From a virus: a DNA stretch of 41,081 nucleotides. The stretch lies in IMG/VR virus record IMGVR_UViG_3300045988_078321; one strand, given 5' to 3'. The notes under the pieces are model-generated. The model saw only the letters and a list, made by a program, of their open reading frames with translations, did not search any database and was not told where the DNA came from. Below are positions 32,237 through 41,026 of this stretch, piece by piece. The position numbers and the translations under genes were made by a program. Within the stretch, counting starts at the first letter, position 1. Every line of letters begins with the position of its first letter.

Positions 32237-32421
32237 TTTCCGGGAATTACATACGGGGGAAATGGGGTTTATTCATAACGGCTTACTTTGTAAGAAAATC
32301 CGAAATATACATTTTGCCTTCGATTGTATGTAGTCTTACATACAAATACGACAAACGATTCCGTTTGCAATTTCAATTTATAAAACTGGTAGTAACTATT
32401 AGTGTTGTAATTCTGCGATGA
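32233..32421 (+). CDS. Small hypothetical protein (weak call)
   Basis: 62 aa from the ATG at 32233. ATGA overlaps at both ends suggest translational coupling. Confidence 0.35.
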   Translation: MISGNYIRGKWGLFITAYFVRKSEIYILPSIVCSLTYKYDKRFRLQFQFIKLVVTISVVILR

Positions 32422-32972
32422 AAAAAGAAATTATAGGCAACAACGAAAAAGAGTTGTTAGAACTTATACAAAAAGTGACTGGTGATGAGAATATGGTTGT
32501 TTCAATTGGTAAAAATGACATTGTTGTAACGGCATTTTCATCAAGTCCGGAGAGTTTGATTTCAGCAGTAAAAAACTGTATTGGGAATCGGTTGGTAAAG
32601 TTTTATGAAAAATACAGTTATTGCACATTTGTTGTATCCACAGAGGAAGGCCAAAAAATTTCACAGAAAGAAATTTTTCAGATGTTCAGTACGCTTTTTG
32701 GTGAAGATGTGCATAAGAGAAACAACAAACTCAAAGAAGAGGTTTTCGAATATTTTGAGGCATCGAAAAATTATTGGCTAAATCCTTCGCAAGTTACCTA
32801 TGATGCAATGATTGATGAACTTAGCGATACAATGGCCGTTATGCTTCATATCTGTTCAATCCTCAATAAAACCCCGGAGCAACTTTTGTTGATGGCGTAT
32901 GACAAGGTAAAAGGACGATTGAATAATCCAAATTACAAACGAAGTCACCCATATAAAGAGAAAATATTTTGA
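32418..32972 (+). CDS. MazG-like nucleotide pyrophosphohydrolase domain protein (tentative)
   Basis: LKEEVFEYFEA...IDELSDTMAVMLHICSIL resembles the EExxE...E/DxxD helical pair of MazG. Confidence 0.4.
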   Translation: MKKEIIGNNEKELLELIQKVTGDENMVVSIGKNDIVVTAFSSSPESLISAVKNCIGNRLVKFYEKYSYCTFVVSTEEGQKISQKEIFQMFSTLFGEDVHKRNNKLKEEVFEYFEASKNYWLNPSQVTYDAMIDELSDTMAVMLHICSILNKTPEQLLLMAYDKVKGRLNNPNYKRSHPYKEKIF

Positions 32973-32998
32973 AATAAAAAGAATAATTTTTATTTTTG
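32968..32998 (+). promoter_or_regulatory. Bacteroidota-type promoter upstream of the ParB-MTase / terminase block
   Basis: TTTG (32968..32971), N19, TATTTTTG (32991..32998). It overlaps the upstream stop codon. Confidence 0.65.
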
Positions 32999-33068
32999 TT
33001 CTGATAAAACTAAAAAGCCATACAGGAAATCAATATTTACGAAATAGACGAAAATAACGCGTGTATTT

Positions 33069-33117
33069 GCGTTTTTATTTGAAATATGATAGAATTATCA
33101 TTTCAAACACGAAACGC
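33069..33117. promoter_or_regulatory. Imperfect palindrome / leader hairpin (operator or RNA-structure candidate)
   Basis: Pairings: GCGTTT/AAACGC (33069..33074 with 33112..33117), TTTGAAAT/ATTTCAAA (33078..33085 with 33100..33107), GATA/TATC (33088..33091 with 33096..33099). 17 nt to the ATG at 33135. Confidence 0.6.
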
Positions 33118-33134
33118 GCTTAAAACAAAAATTT

Positions 33135-34403
33135 ATGGAAAATAACATACAAATAAAATTCGTTCCGGTAGAAGACTGCGAATTTAATGAAGGGCAGATA
33201 CCTGGGTGTCCATCTAATCCGAGAACGAGAGAGGAAGAAAGGCAAAAGAAGCTCGAAAAGAGTATTGAAGAACTCCCAGAAATGACAGTGGCAAGAGCAT
33301 GCCTTGTTTACAAGTATAACGGAAAATATGTTGTCATCGGAGGTAATAGACGACTCGAAGCGCATCGGGCCCTAAACAAGAAAAAAATTCCGGTAATTGA
33401 AATACCGGAAAATACACCTATCGACAAAATACGTCGTATCGCAATCATTGACAACGAAAGTACAGGTAAAACGGATTGGCAAAAAATCAAAGAAGAGTGG
33501 AATTTGGAAGAGATAAAAGATTGGGGCGTTGATTTACCGCAGGATTGGAATTTTCCTGAAGAAGTTGTAAAAGAAGCAAAAGAGGACGACTTTTCAGAGG
33601 AAGATGCTAAAGACGTAGAAACGCGTGTCAAGATTGGAGAGATTTGGCAGTTAGGTGAACATCGCCTTATGTGTGGAGATAGCACGGATGCCGCTTCTGT
33701 TGCTCTTCTTATGGATGGGCAGAAGGCGGATATGGTGTTTACAGACCCGCCGTATGGTGTTTCAATAGGGGACAAAAATAAGGCATTAAACAGCGTCCAG
33801 AAGGCTGGATGCTGTACCGAGAACATAGCCAACGACAATATATCTGTCAATGATTTATATCCCATTCTGGTAAAAGCAATGATTAATTGCCGTGAAAACT
33901 GTAAAGATTGCGCCTGTTATTATATCACATCACCACAAGGAGGAGAACTTGGTTTGATGATGATGATGATGATGATGATGAAAGACGCAGGATTACCAGT
34001 AAGGCACATGCTTATCTGGGAGAAAAATTGTGCGACATTCAGTCTCGGAAGGTTGGATTACGATTACCAACATGAACCTATTTTCTATACATGGACAAAA
34101 TCCCATAAGAATTATCGAAATGGCGAATTTAGGACGACCATTTGGAAATACGACAAACCTCGCAAGTGCGACTTACATCCAACGATGAAGCCCGTAGAGC
34201 TTGTAGCGAATTGCATGATGGATGCAAGCGTTGAAGGCGACATCGTCTTGGATATGTTCGGTGGAAGCGGAACAACGATAATAGCTGCTGAACAATTAGC
34301 TCGTAGAGCGAGGCTTATGGAACTTGACCCACACTACTGCGACGTTATAATAGCACGTTGGGAGAAACTTACAGGGAAGGAGGCTGTAAAGATTTATGGC
34401 TAA
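33135..34403 (+). CDS. ParB-like nuclease domain fused to a DNA methyltransferase (N6A/N4C, beta-class motif order)
   Basis: VVIGGNRRLEAH (ParB/Srx box), VFTDPPYGV (motif IV), then DMFGGSGTTIIAAEQL (motif I). Contains an 8-Met run. Confidence 0.9.
   Translation: MENNIQIKFVPVEDCEFNEGQIPGCPSNPRTREEERQKKLEKSIEELPEMTVARACLVYKYNGKYVVIGGNRRLEAHRALNKKKIPVIEIPENTPIDKIRRIAIIDNESTGKTDWQKIKEEWNLEEIKDWGVDLPQDWNFPEEVVKEAKEDDFSEEDAKDVETRVKIGEIWQLGEHRLMCGDSTDAASVALLMDGQKADMVFTDPPYGVSIGDKNKALNSVQKAGCCTENIANDNISVNDLYPILVKAMINCRENCKDCACYYITSPQGGELGLMMMMMMMMKDAGLPVRHMLIWEKNCATFSLGRLDYDYQHEPIFYTWTKSHKNYRNGEFRTTIWKYDKPRKCDLHPTMKPVELVANCMMDASVEGDIVLDMFGGSGTTIIAAEQLARRARLMELDPHYCDVIIARWEKLTGKEAVKIYG
33957..33980 (+). 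repeat. (ATG)8 trinucleotide microsatellite, in frame (MMMMMMMM)
   Basis: Eight consecutive ATG codons between MTase motif IV and motif I. Confidence 0.95.
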
Positions 34404-34920
34404 ATACAACAAAGAAATCGTCAAAAAAATCTGCGAATACATTCGTGATGGAGATTCGAAGAAATTAGCCAGCAAAAAGGCCGGAATAAGCGAAAGCACA
34501 TTTCACGAATGGGCGAATACAAAACCCGAGTTTTTGGAGGCTATAAAAAAGGCAAAGGAAGAATTTCAAGAAACTATCACGGGAAAACTCGAAGCTACAT
34601 TGTGGAAGCGGGCAATGGGTTACGAGGTTACCGAGACAGAAACGGAATTTGTCCGAGATAAAGAAGGCAACCCGGTTGTTAAGAGTCAGAAAAAAAAGGT
34701 AAAGCACATACAGCCAGATACTGGCGCCTTAATTTTCGCCTTAACCAACGTAGCCCCGGATAAGTGGGTTAATAGGCAGAAAACAGAAATACAGTCCAGA
34801 ATTGAAACGACTGAAGATTTAAGTGCCTTTGAAAATCTGCCCGAAGGTCTTTTGTTTGAGATTGCTGATAAAATTCAACAACAGCAGTATGAAGCAACAA
34901 GAGAAAACAAAAGCGAGTAA
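34396..34920 (+). CDS. terS: Terminase small subunit
   Basis: 174 aa with an N-terminal HTH-like segment (ASKKAGISESTFHEWANTKPEFLEAIKKAKEE). It lies immediately upstream of TerL. Confidence 0.65.
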   Translation: MAKYNKEIVKKICEYIRDGDSKKLASKKAGISESTFHEWANTKPEFLEAIKKAKEEFQETITGKLEATLWKRAMGYEVTETETEFVRDKEGNPVVKSQKKKVKHIQPDTGALIFALTNVAPDKWVNRQKTEIQSRIETTEDLSAFENLPEGLLFEIADKIQQQQYEATRENKSE

Positions 34921-35092
34921 GAAACAAATTGAAGAGATACACACATGCGGCGAATGTTTATTTGCGCAGTGGTATTACACCCCGGGTAATCTGGACACCC
35001 GGGGCTCTCCTATTTGTTGCAGATGCAAATATTCAAAGAGGGCGAGAATAAGAAGCGAAAGATGTTGTAGTAACTGGAAAGGTAAAAAATGA
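34889..35092 (+). CDS. Small Cys-rich (zinc-binding?) protein (weak call)
   Basis: 67 aa from the ATG at 34889, with CGEC...CCRC...CC. It bridges terS and terL, with an ATGA overlap to terL. Confidence 0.35.
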   Translation: MKQQEKTKASKKQIEEIHTCGECLFAQWYYTPGNLDTRGSPICCRCKYSKRARIRSERCCSNWKGKK

Positions 35093-36609
35093 ACAATAAG
35101 GCAATACAATCAATAGTGAAACTTGCGGCGAGAAAGAGGCTAATCAATTTTGCGAGGTATACGCAACCAAATTTCGTCGTGGAGCCTTTTCATGCAATAT
35201 ACTATGAAATTCTCGATAGGTTTGCACACGGTAAGATAAAAAAGTTGATTATTCAACAGCCGCCCCAGCATGGAAAATCGGAGGGGTCGAGTAGGAAATT
35301 GCCTGCATTTATTTTGGGCCTTAATCCAGATAAAAAAATATGTATCGGTTCATACGCCTCAACAATCGCGCGCGATTTCAATCGCGATGTTCAAAGAATA
35401 ATCGACACAAAGAGCTATCGCGAATTATTCCCAAATACATTTCTAAACGGCTCAAACGTCGTAACAATGGCAAACACCTATTTGAGAAATTCCGATGTGA
35501 TAGAAATGGTTGGGCACAAAGGTAGTTTGCGTGTCGTTGGCCGTGGTGGCTCTCTTACCTCGAAAACCGTCGATATTTCAATTCTCGACGACGTATATAA
35601 GGATTACGCCGAAGGTAACAGCCCGATAGTTCGCGAATCTGCGTGGAAATGGTATACAACTGTTGTAAGAACACGTTTGCATAACGATAGTCAAGAATTG
35701 ATAGTGTTTACACGATGGCATGACGATGATTTGATTGGAAGAATAGAAAAAAGCGGCGAAAAGGTAATCGACGTACATTCATGGTCAGATTTGGAAAATG
35801 TAGAAAAGAGTGCTTGGGTAAGAATCAATTTCGAGGCATTGAAAACAGGGCAGCCGACAGAATTAGACCCAAGACAGCCGGGGGAAGCATTATGGGAAAG
35901 CCGGCACAGCAGGGAAAAACTCGAAGCACAGAGGGCACTCGACCCTGTACAATTTGAGTGTCTTTACCAAGGTAACCCGGGGTCTGCCGAAGGTAGGTTA
36001 TATTCTCCTTTCAAAACATGGGTTGAGAAAAGCGAATACGGGCAGTATATAAGAACAGGGGCTTACATAGATGTGGCCGATGAAGGTGATGACCTTCTAT
36101 TTGCAGCGACATACGAAATTTACAAGTCCGACAATATGGCGTACAATGAAAAGACAAGAAGAATGGAGCCTATATTGTTCGCCCTTATTACCGATATGGA
36201 GATGACCGACGAAAATACAGATGTAACAACGGTAACGGTGCCAGCTATGATTAACCGCAACGGAGTACAAAAAGTGTGGGTTGAAAGTAACAACGGAGGC
36301 GCAGGCTATGAAAAGGTAATACGAAAGAAAATGCGCGCAATGACAGAGCCGTTTTACCAAGGGGGTAACAAAGAAAGCCGAATAATTACAAACTCCGCAA
36401 TGGTAAACACGCAGATTGTGATGCCGTTTGGGTGGGAGAATAGATACCCCAAAATATACGAGCATATAACCGGATTTTTGAGAAATTTTTCGGCAAATAG
36501 GCATGATGACCCCGAAGATGCGTTAACCGGCATATACGAAAAAGAGATTGCGGACGGGTTTGTTATGCCATACGGACACGAACATAGAGGTGTAAGGAGA
36601 CGCAATTAG
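35089..36609 (+). CDS. terL: Terminase large subunit
   Basis: Walker A-like QPPQHGKSE, Walker B ISILDDVYKD and the coupling motif VFTRWHDDDLIGR. 506 aa with a C-terminal nuclease-sized domain. Confidence 0.9.
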   Translation: MNNKAIQSIVKLAARKRLINFARYTQPNFVVEPFHAIYYEILDRFAHGKIKKLIIQQPPQHGKSEGSSRKLPAFILGLNPDKKICIGSYASTIARDFNRDVQRIIDTKSYRELFPNTFLNGSNVVTMANTYLRNSDVIEMVGHKGSLRVVGRGGSLTSKTVDISILDDVYKDYAEGNSPIVRESAWKWYTTVVRTRLHNDSQELIVFTRWHDDDLIGRIEKSGEKVIDVHSWSDLENVEKSAWVRINFEALKTGQPTELDPRQPGEALWESRHSREKLEAQRALDPVQFECLYQGNPGSAEGRLYSPFKTWVEKSEYGQYIRTGAYIDVADEGDDLLFAATYEIYKSDNMAYNEKTRRMEPILFALITDMEMTDENTDVTTVTVPAMINRNGVQKVWVESNNGGAGYEKVIRKKMRAMTEPFYQGGNKESRIITNSAMVNTQIVMPFGWENRYPKIYEHITGFLRNFSANRHDDPEDALTGIYEKEIADGFVMPYGHEHRGVRRRN

Positions 36610-36650
36610 AAAAAAAATTGTTATAAACAAATTTATTCCGATAAAATTTA

Positions 36651-36658
36651 TACTTTTG
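36651..36658 (+). promoter_or_regulatory. Candidate -7 box TACTTTTG upstream of the GC-rich structural gene
   Basis: Matches TAnnTTTG. There is no clean -33 TTTG at N19-21. Confidence 0.35.
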
Positions 36659-36720
36659 TATCGAAGGGTTAAGGGAAAGCCCGAAAGTGAAATTATTTTT
36701 TAACGTTAAAACAAAAAACT

Positions 36721-37374
36721 ATGATTTGTAAATGCCCGGCGGCAAATGCTTTGCCCGATATTCCCGCCGTAACGTGCCCCGAAAGTTTTGGGCAGATTCA
36801 AAAAGTTGCCTTTCAACGATTGATGAAAGACGCGAGTACTAAAAATTTCTTTGACAGTGCCGGAGAGCCGCCCAAAGATATTACGAAACTCGCATCGTGG
36901 ACGCCTTTGCTCGTAGCATCTGACAGCACGAAAGTAGTAGTATCCCCGTATATCCAAGCACCCACCGCAGAAGCAGGCGCGGCCCGTACCTTCGGAGGAG
37001 GAAATGAAACCCCCGACGGCATCGAAGAAGTCATCGGCCGGGATTCCACGCCGTTCACTGGAGTCTTTCGCAAGGTACCGCAATCTATTATCAAAGCGAT
37101 AAAGGAATTGCAATGCGAAAGCTATGGCGACAATCTGGGTGTGTTCCTGTTCGACAACAACGGAAACATCGGCGCAATCCAAGATGCAACCACGAAAACC
37201 AAGTATTACCCAATTCCTATCCGGTCGCTTTTTGTCGGAGATAAGACCCTCGGAGGGTTTGAGGCGCCCGATAACAACGCGATTCAGTGGTCATTCCTGC
37301 CCAATTGGTCGGACAATCTGGCTATCGTTACGCCGGAGGATTTCAACCCCTTAACCGACCTTAAAAAGGCGTAA
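36721..37374 (+). CDS. Abundant virion structural protein candidate (possible major tail/tube protein)
   Basis: 217 aa after a 111-nt intergenic region. Its GC (48-68% in hand-counted lines) resembles the capsid gene and is well above the genome background. Confidence 0.4.
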   Translation: MICKCPAANALPDIPAVTCPESFGQIQKVAFQRLMKDASTKNFFDSAGEPPKDITKLASWTPLLVASDSTKVVVSPYIQAPTAEAGAARTFGGGNETPDGIEEVIGRDSTPFTGVFRKVPQSIIKAIKELQCESYGDNLGVFLFDNNGNIGAIQDATTKTKYYPIPIRSLFVGDKTLGGFEAPDNNAIQWSFLPNWSDNLAIVTPEDFNPLTDLKKA

Positions 37375-37386
37375 AAGAAAAGATTT

Positions 37387-37602
37387 ATGGCAAAAGAGAC
37401 AAAGGTAGTGTTAGTATGCCCAAAGCATAACATAACGCGAGAATTTGAGGCCAGCCACGCAGAAAGGATTCTTAGAATGAAAAATAACGGTGGTTGGCAG
37501 TTACCGGAAAAAACCAACTTTGAATTTGACGAAAATGGGCTTAGATATAAGAGAAATAAAAAATCGGATAGCGGAGCCCCGGAACAGGGCAGCGATAAGT
37601 AA
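37387..37602 (+). CDS. Small hypothetical protein (overlaps the 5' end of the portal ORF)
   Basis: 71-aa ORF with an ATG start that overlaps the portal reading frame by 68-113 nt. Confidence 0.4.
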   Translation: MAKETKVVLVCPKHNITREFEASHAERILRMKNNGGWQLPEKTNFEFDENGLRYKRNKKSDSGAPEQGSDK

Positions 37603-39256
37603 GGCTATATTCCACCAGAATCGGATTCGCTTCCACGCGCAAACCGTTGTAACGCCTTACATAGCACAGCCGTTAACCGACTTTTTGGCTTTTGTTTCTA
37701 ACCTTATTCCTCACGACAAGTTTAAGATTTTCAAAACATTGTTCCGTTACCCCGTTAAAACCAACGAGGTAACGGGCATTTGTTTTGATAAATTGAGCCG
37801 AATTTTCGACGGAAGAAACCCGGCTTTCAACTACCAATTTCTCAATACAGAACAACGAGATGATTGGGAGTATTACAGACAGAATATTCTGAAGGAGCCG
37901 GAAATCTGGAGTACCAAGGGGTGGGAATTTTTCAAAACCGAAATAAACAGTGTTTTGATTGTCGATATGCCGGCCGAGCAGGCTCCAGGCGATAAATATC
38001 CAGCGCCGTATTTCTATTGGTTGCCTATTGAAAGCGTCGTATCTTATGATGCTGACAAAACAACCGGGATTATGAACTGGATTATTTTCAAACAACGAGA
38101 CGATAAAATTGCGGTTATAGATGATGAAAGTTACCGAGTTTTCAAAGTTGAAAGTGGAAATATCGGAACCTTGATTATCGAGAATCATCACGATTTAGGC
38201 TATTGCCCGGCTCGTTTCTTTTGGAATGAATCAATAAGCCTTCAGGACCCAGATGTTAAAGCGTCGCCACTATCCAAACAATTAGAGAGCTTGGATTGGT
38301 ACCTTTTTTATCACATTTCAAAAAGACATCTCGATTTATATGGCGCTTATCCGATTTACTCGGGTTATGAGCAAAGTTGTGATTTCAGTAATGGCCTAAA
38401 CGGAGATTACTGTGATGGTGGATTTTTGAAAGATAAACAAGGCCACTATAAACTCGATGCTTCCGGCATTCTTATGAGGTGCCCAAAATGTGGAGACAAG
38501 AGAATCGCTGGTGTTGGGTCTTTCGTTGAAATTCCTGTTCCAGATGGAGACAAGCAACCGGATTTGAGAAACCCCGTTCAAATGCTGACCGTCGACCGCA
38601 ATAGTCTTGATTATAATGTTAGCGAAGAAGAGAGATTGCGAACTGATATAATCACGGCCGTTGTAGGGACAAACGAAGAAATAACCACCCGTGATGCGTT
38701 GAATGAGCAACAAATACAAGCAAATTTTGAGAGCCAGAGTACAATTCTCAATAGGGTAAAAAAGGGTTTTGAAGAGGCTCAACAGTTTGTTGATGAAACA
38801 ATTTGTCGATTGCGGTATGGTAGTGATTTTGTGTCGGCTAAAATCAACCTCGGTACAGAGTTCTATTTGTTCGATGTTGAGAAATTGAGAGAACGATACA
38901 AAATTGCGAAAGAAACAGGTGCAAGCGAATCAGAGTTGGACATGCTTCAAAATCGCATTCTTGAAACGGAATACAGGAACGACCCCACGCAAATGCAAAG
39001 AATGTTGATTTTGGCAGATTTGGAGCCTTACCGGCACATGACGCGCGATGAGGTTATAAATCTGTTTGACAAAAATTTAATTTCGAGAGATGAGTTGCTC
39101 GTTAAATTGAATTTTTCTACATTTGTGAAGCGGTTTGAGCGCGAGAATGCTAATATATTAGAGTTCGGCACGCAAATACCGTATACCGAAAAAATAAACA
39201 AAATAACTAAAAGATTCAAAGAGTATGCAAGTGAAAACCGACAGCGGGAAGATTAA
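37535..39256 (+). CDS. Portal protein (candidate, by size and position)
   Basis: 573 aa from the first ATG at 37535; the listed 37490 start is GTG. It lies between terL and the scaffold/capsid genes. Confidence 0.55.
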   Translation: MGLDIREIKNRIAEPRNRAAISKAIFHQNRIRFHAQTVVTPYIAQPLTDFLAFVSNLIPHDKFKIFKTLFRYPVKTNEVTGICFDKLSRIFDGRNPAFNYQFLNTEQRDDWEYYRQNILKEPEIWSTKGWEFFKTEINSVLIVDMPAEQAPGDKYPAPYFYWLPIESVVSYDADKTTGIMNWIIFKQRDDKIAVIDDESYRVFKVESGNIGTLIIENHHDLGYCPARFFWNESISLQDPDVKASPLSKQLESLDWYLFYHISKRHLDLYGAYPIYSGYEQSCDFSNGLNGDYCDGGFLKDKQGHYKLDASGILMRCPKCGDKRIAGVGSFVEIPVPDGDKQPDLRNPVQMLTVDRNSLDYNVSEEERLRTDIITAVVGTNEEITTRDALNEQQIQANFESQSTILNRVKKGFEEAQQFVDETICRLRYGSDFVSAKINLGTEFYLFDVEKLRERYKIAKETGASESELDMLQNRILETEYRNDPTQMQRMLILADLEPYRHMTRDEVINLFDKNLISRDELLVKLNFSTFVKRFERENANILEFGTQIPYTEKINKITKRFKEYASENRQRED

Positions 39257-39746
39257 AGACGTTGATTTGCTTGACGTAACCCCGCAAAATTTCATTGTTC
39301 CGAAAGGCGAAGAACATTTGTATCATTGCCGAATCGAGATTAAAAAATTTGACCCGGAGACAGGCGAAAGAAAATCGAAGCCCCGGATTCAGGTTTTTGG
39401 CAAAAAGTCTTTTGAGACTTTTGTGCTTCACAATCTCCGAAAACAAGGTTATACCGTTGATGTTTTGCACGACCCCAACGAATGGGTTAAAGCTAAAAAG
39501 GCAGAGGCGGAAAAGGCTGCACAGGAGAAAGCGAAAGCAGATGCAGAGGCAAGCGAGAACGCAAAGCAGGAAGAGCGCGAGAAAATGCGCGCGGAAATCC
39601 TCGCCGAACTTGAAGAATCCGGGATGATTGTGAAATCCAAGAAGAAAAGCGGAAAAGGTAAAAAGGCCGAGACCAATCCCGAGACCGTAGAAACGGACGA
39701 AGGAACGGAGACTGAAACCGCCGAAGAGATTGAAGAAAAAGAGTAA
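39225..39746 (+). CDS. Head-module protein with a charged low-complexity C-terminal tail
   Basis: 173 aa. The C-terminal half is rich in K, E and A (AEAEKAAQEKAKADAEASENAKQEEREK...). Confidence 0.55.
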   Translation: MQVKTDSGKIKDVDLLDVTPQNFIVPKGEEHLYHCRIEIKKFDPETGERKSKPRIQVFGKKSFETFVLHNLRKQGYTVDVLHDPNEWVKAKKAEAEKAAQEKAKADAEASENAKQEEREKMRAEILAELEESGMIVKSKKKSGKGKKAETNPETVETDEGTETETAEEIEEKE

Positions 39747-39767
39747 CAACAAAAAAACAAAAAAATC

Positions 39768-40037
39768 ATGGCACAGATTGCACAACAAGACAATTTGGTT
39801 ATAACAACCACTACCACGGCCGCCGCGCTTGATGGTAATACGAAAAGTAAACTCGTTGAATGTATCGAGGGAGGCACGATTTCAGACGTTGTTTTGGTTA
39901 CTACTGAAGTAGCAAACAAAGTGAATAGTTCGAAGGTTGTAAGTTGGCTTACCGACACTACCGGAGACTCTCCCAAATACACAATCGTAATTGTTAACGC
40001 AAATACCGGCGCGCTTGCAAGCATCGCCCTTAACTAA
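39768..40037 (+). CDS. Small head-module protein
   Basis: 89-aa ORF rich in Thr, Val and Ala, lying between the portal and scaffold genes. Confidence 0.5.
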   Translation: MAQIAQQDNLVITTTTTAAALDGNTKSKLVECIEGGTISDVVLVTTEVANKVNSSKVVSWLTDTTGDSPKYTIVIVNANTGALASIALN

Positions 40038-40049
40038 AAAGAAGAAACT

Positions 40050-40997
40050 ATGCTAACGAGAGAAATTTTAATTGCGAATGCGGCATTGTCTACTTTGACC
40101 GACGAGCAGATTGCCGCAATTACCAATTTGTCGCAAAACGACGAAAATAGCGTAATTGCCAAAAAAACCGGTGAAATCTACGGTGCCCTCGATGCGGACA
40201 TTTTGACCGTTTCGGGCATTGCAAAGAATGGCACTGAAAAAACCTACGACTACGCTAAAAGGGTACTTAGTGAGTTGAAGGGTAAAATCGAGACTCTGCC
40301 CCAGATGCAAAGCCAGATTGACAGCCTTACGAAAGAAAAAGCGCGATTGGAAAAAGCAATCGCCGACGGCACGGCTGATGCAGAAACGGCCAAGGCATTG
40401 AAACAGGCAAAGGCGGATTTGTCGAGCATTACGTCGCAGTTCAACGAACTCAACACAAAGTATCAAGAAGCAGAAACAAGGCACAGGGCTGAAATTTTTG
40501 GCTTGCAGGTAGACAACGAACTGCGCGTTGCTTCCTCTGGTCTCAAATTCAAAGCCGGTTTGCCCGAAACGGTAACACGCGTTATTCTCGGGCAAGCTAT
40601 GGAGAAGATTAAGGGCATGAACCCCGAGATGATAGACGATGGTAAAGGGGGCAAGATTCTCGCCTTCAAGGGTGAAGATGGCGCGATTATGAGAAACCCC
40701 AACAACCAACTGAATCCCTACACCCCCGGCGAACTTTTGACGAGCGAACTCGAAAAGATGGGCGTTTTGGACATGGGTAGAAAAGCCGCGGGCGGAGAAA
40801 CACAATCGCCGAGAGAAGACGGTTCGGGTGATTCAACGGTTATTGATATTTCCGGTGCCAGAAATCAATCGGAGGCTTACGATGCAATCGCGGACGCTCT
40901 CAAAGCACAAGGCATTGCCGTAGGAACAAAAGAATTTCAATCGGCGATGAATCAAGCATGGCAAGACAACAACGTCAAAGCATTACCGACGAGATAA
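40050..40997 (+). CDS. Capsid scaffolding protein
   Basis: 315 aa with a central coiled coil (LKGKIETLPQMQSQIDSLTKEKARLEKAIADG...). It lies directly upstream of the capsid gene in the circular map. Confidence 0.6.
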   Translation: MLTREILIANAALSTLTDEQIAAITNLSQNDENSVIAKKTGEIYGALDADILTVSGIAKNGTEKTYDYAKRVLSELKGKIETLPQMQSQIDSLTKEKARLEKAIADGTADAETAKALKQAKADLSSITSQFNELNTKYQEAETRHRAEIFGLQVDNELRVASSGLKFKAGLPETVTRVILGQAMEKIKGMNPEMIDDGKGGKILAFKGEDGAIMRNPNNQLNPYTPGELLTSELEKMGVLDMGRKAAGGETQSPREDGSGDSTVIDISGARNQSEAYDAIADALKAQGIAVGTKEFQSAMNQAWQDNNVKALPTR

Positions 40998-41026
40998 CCG
41001 GGTCAAGGGTAAACCCCAAAAAATTA

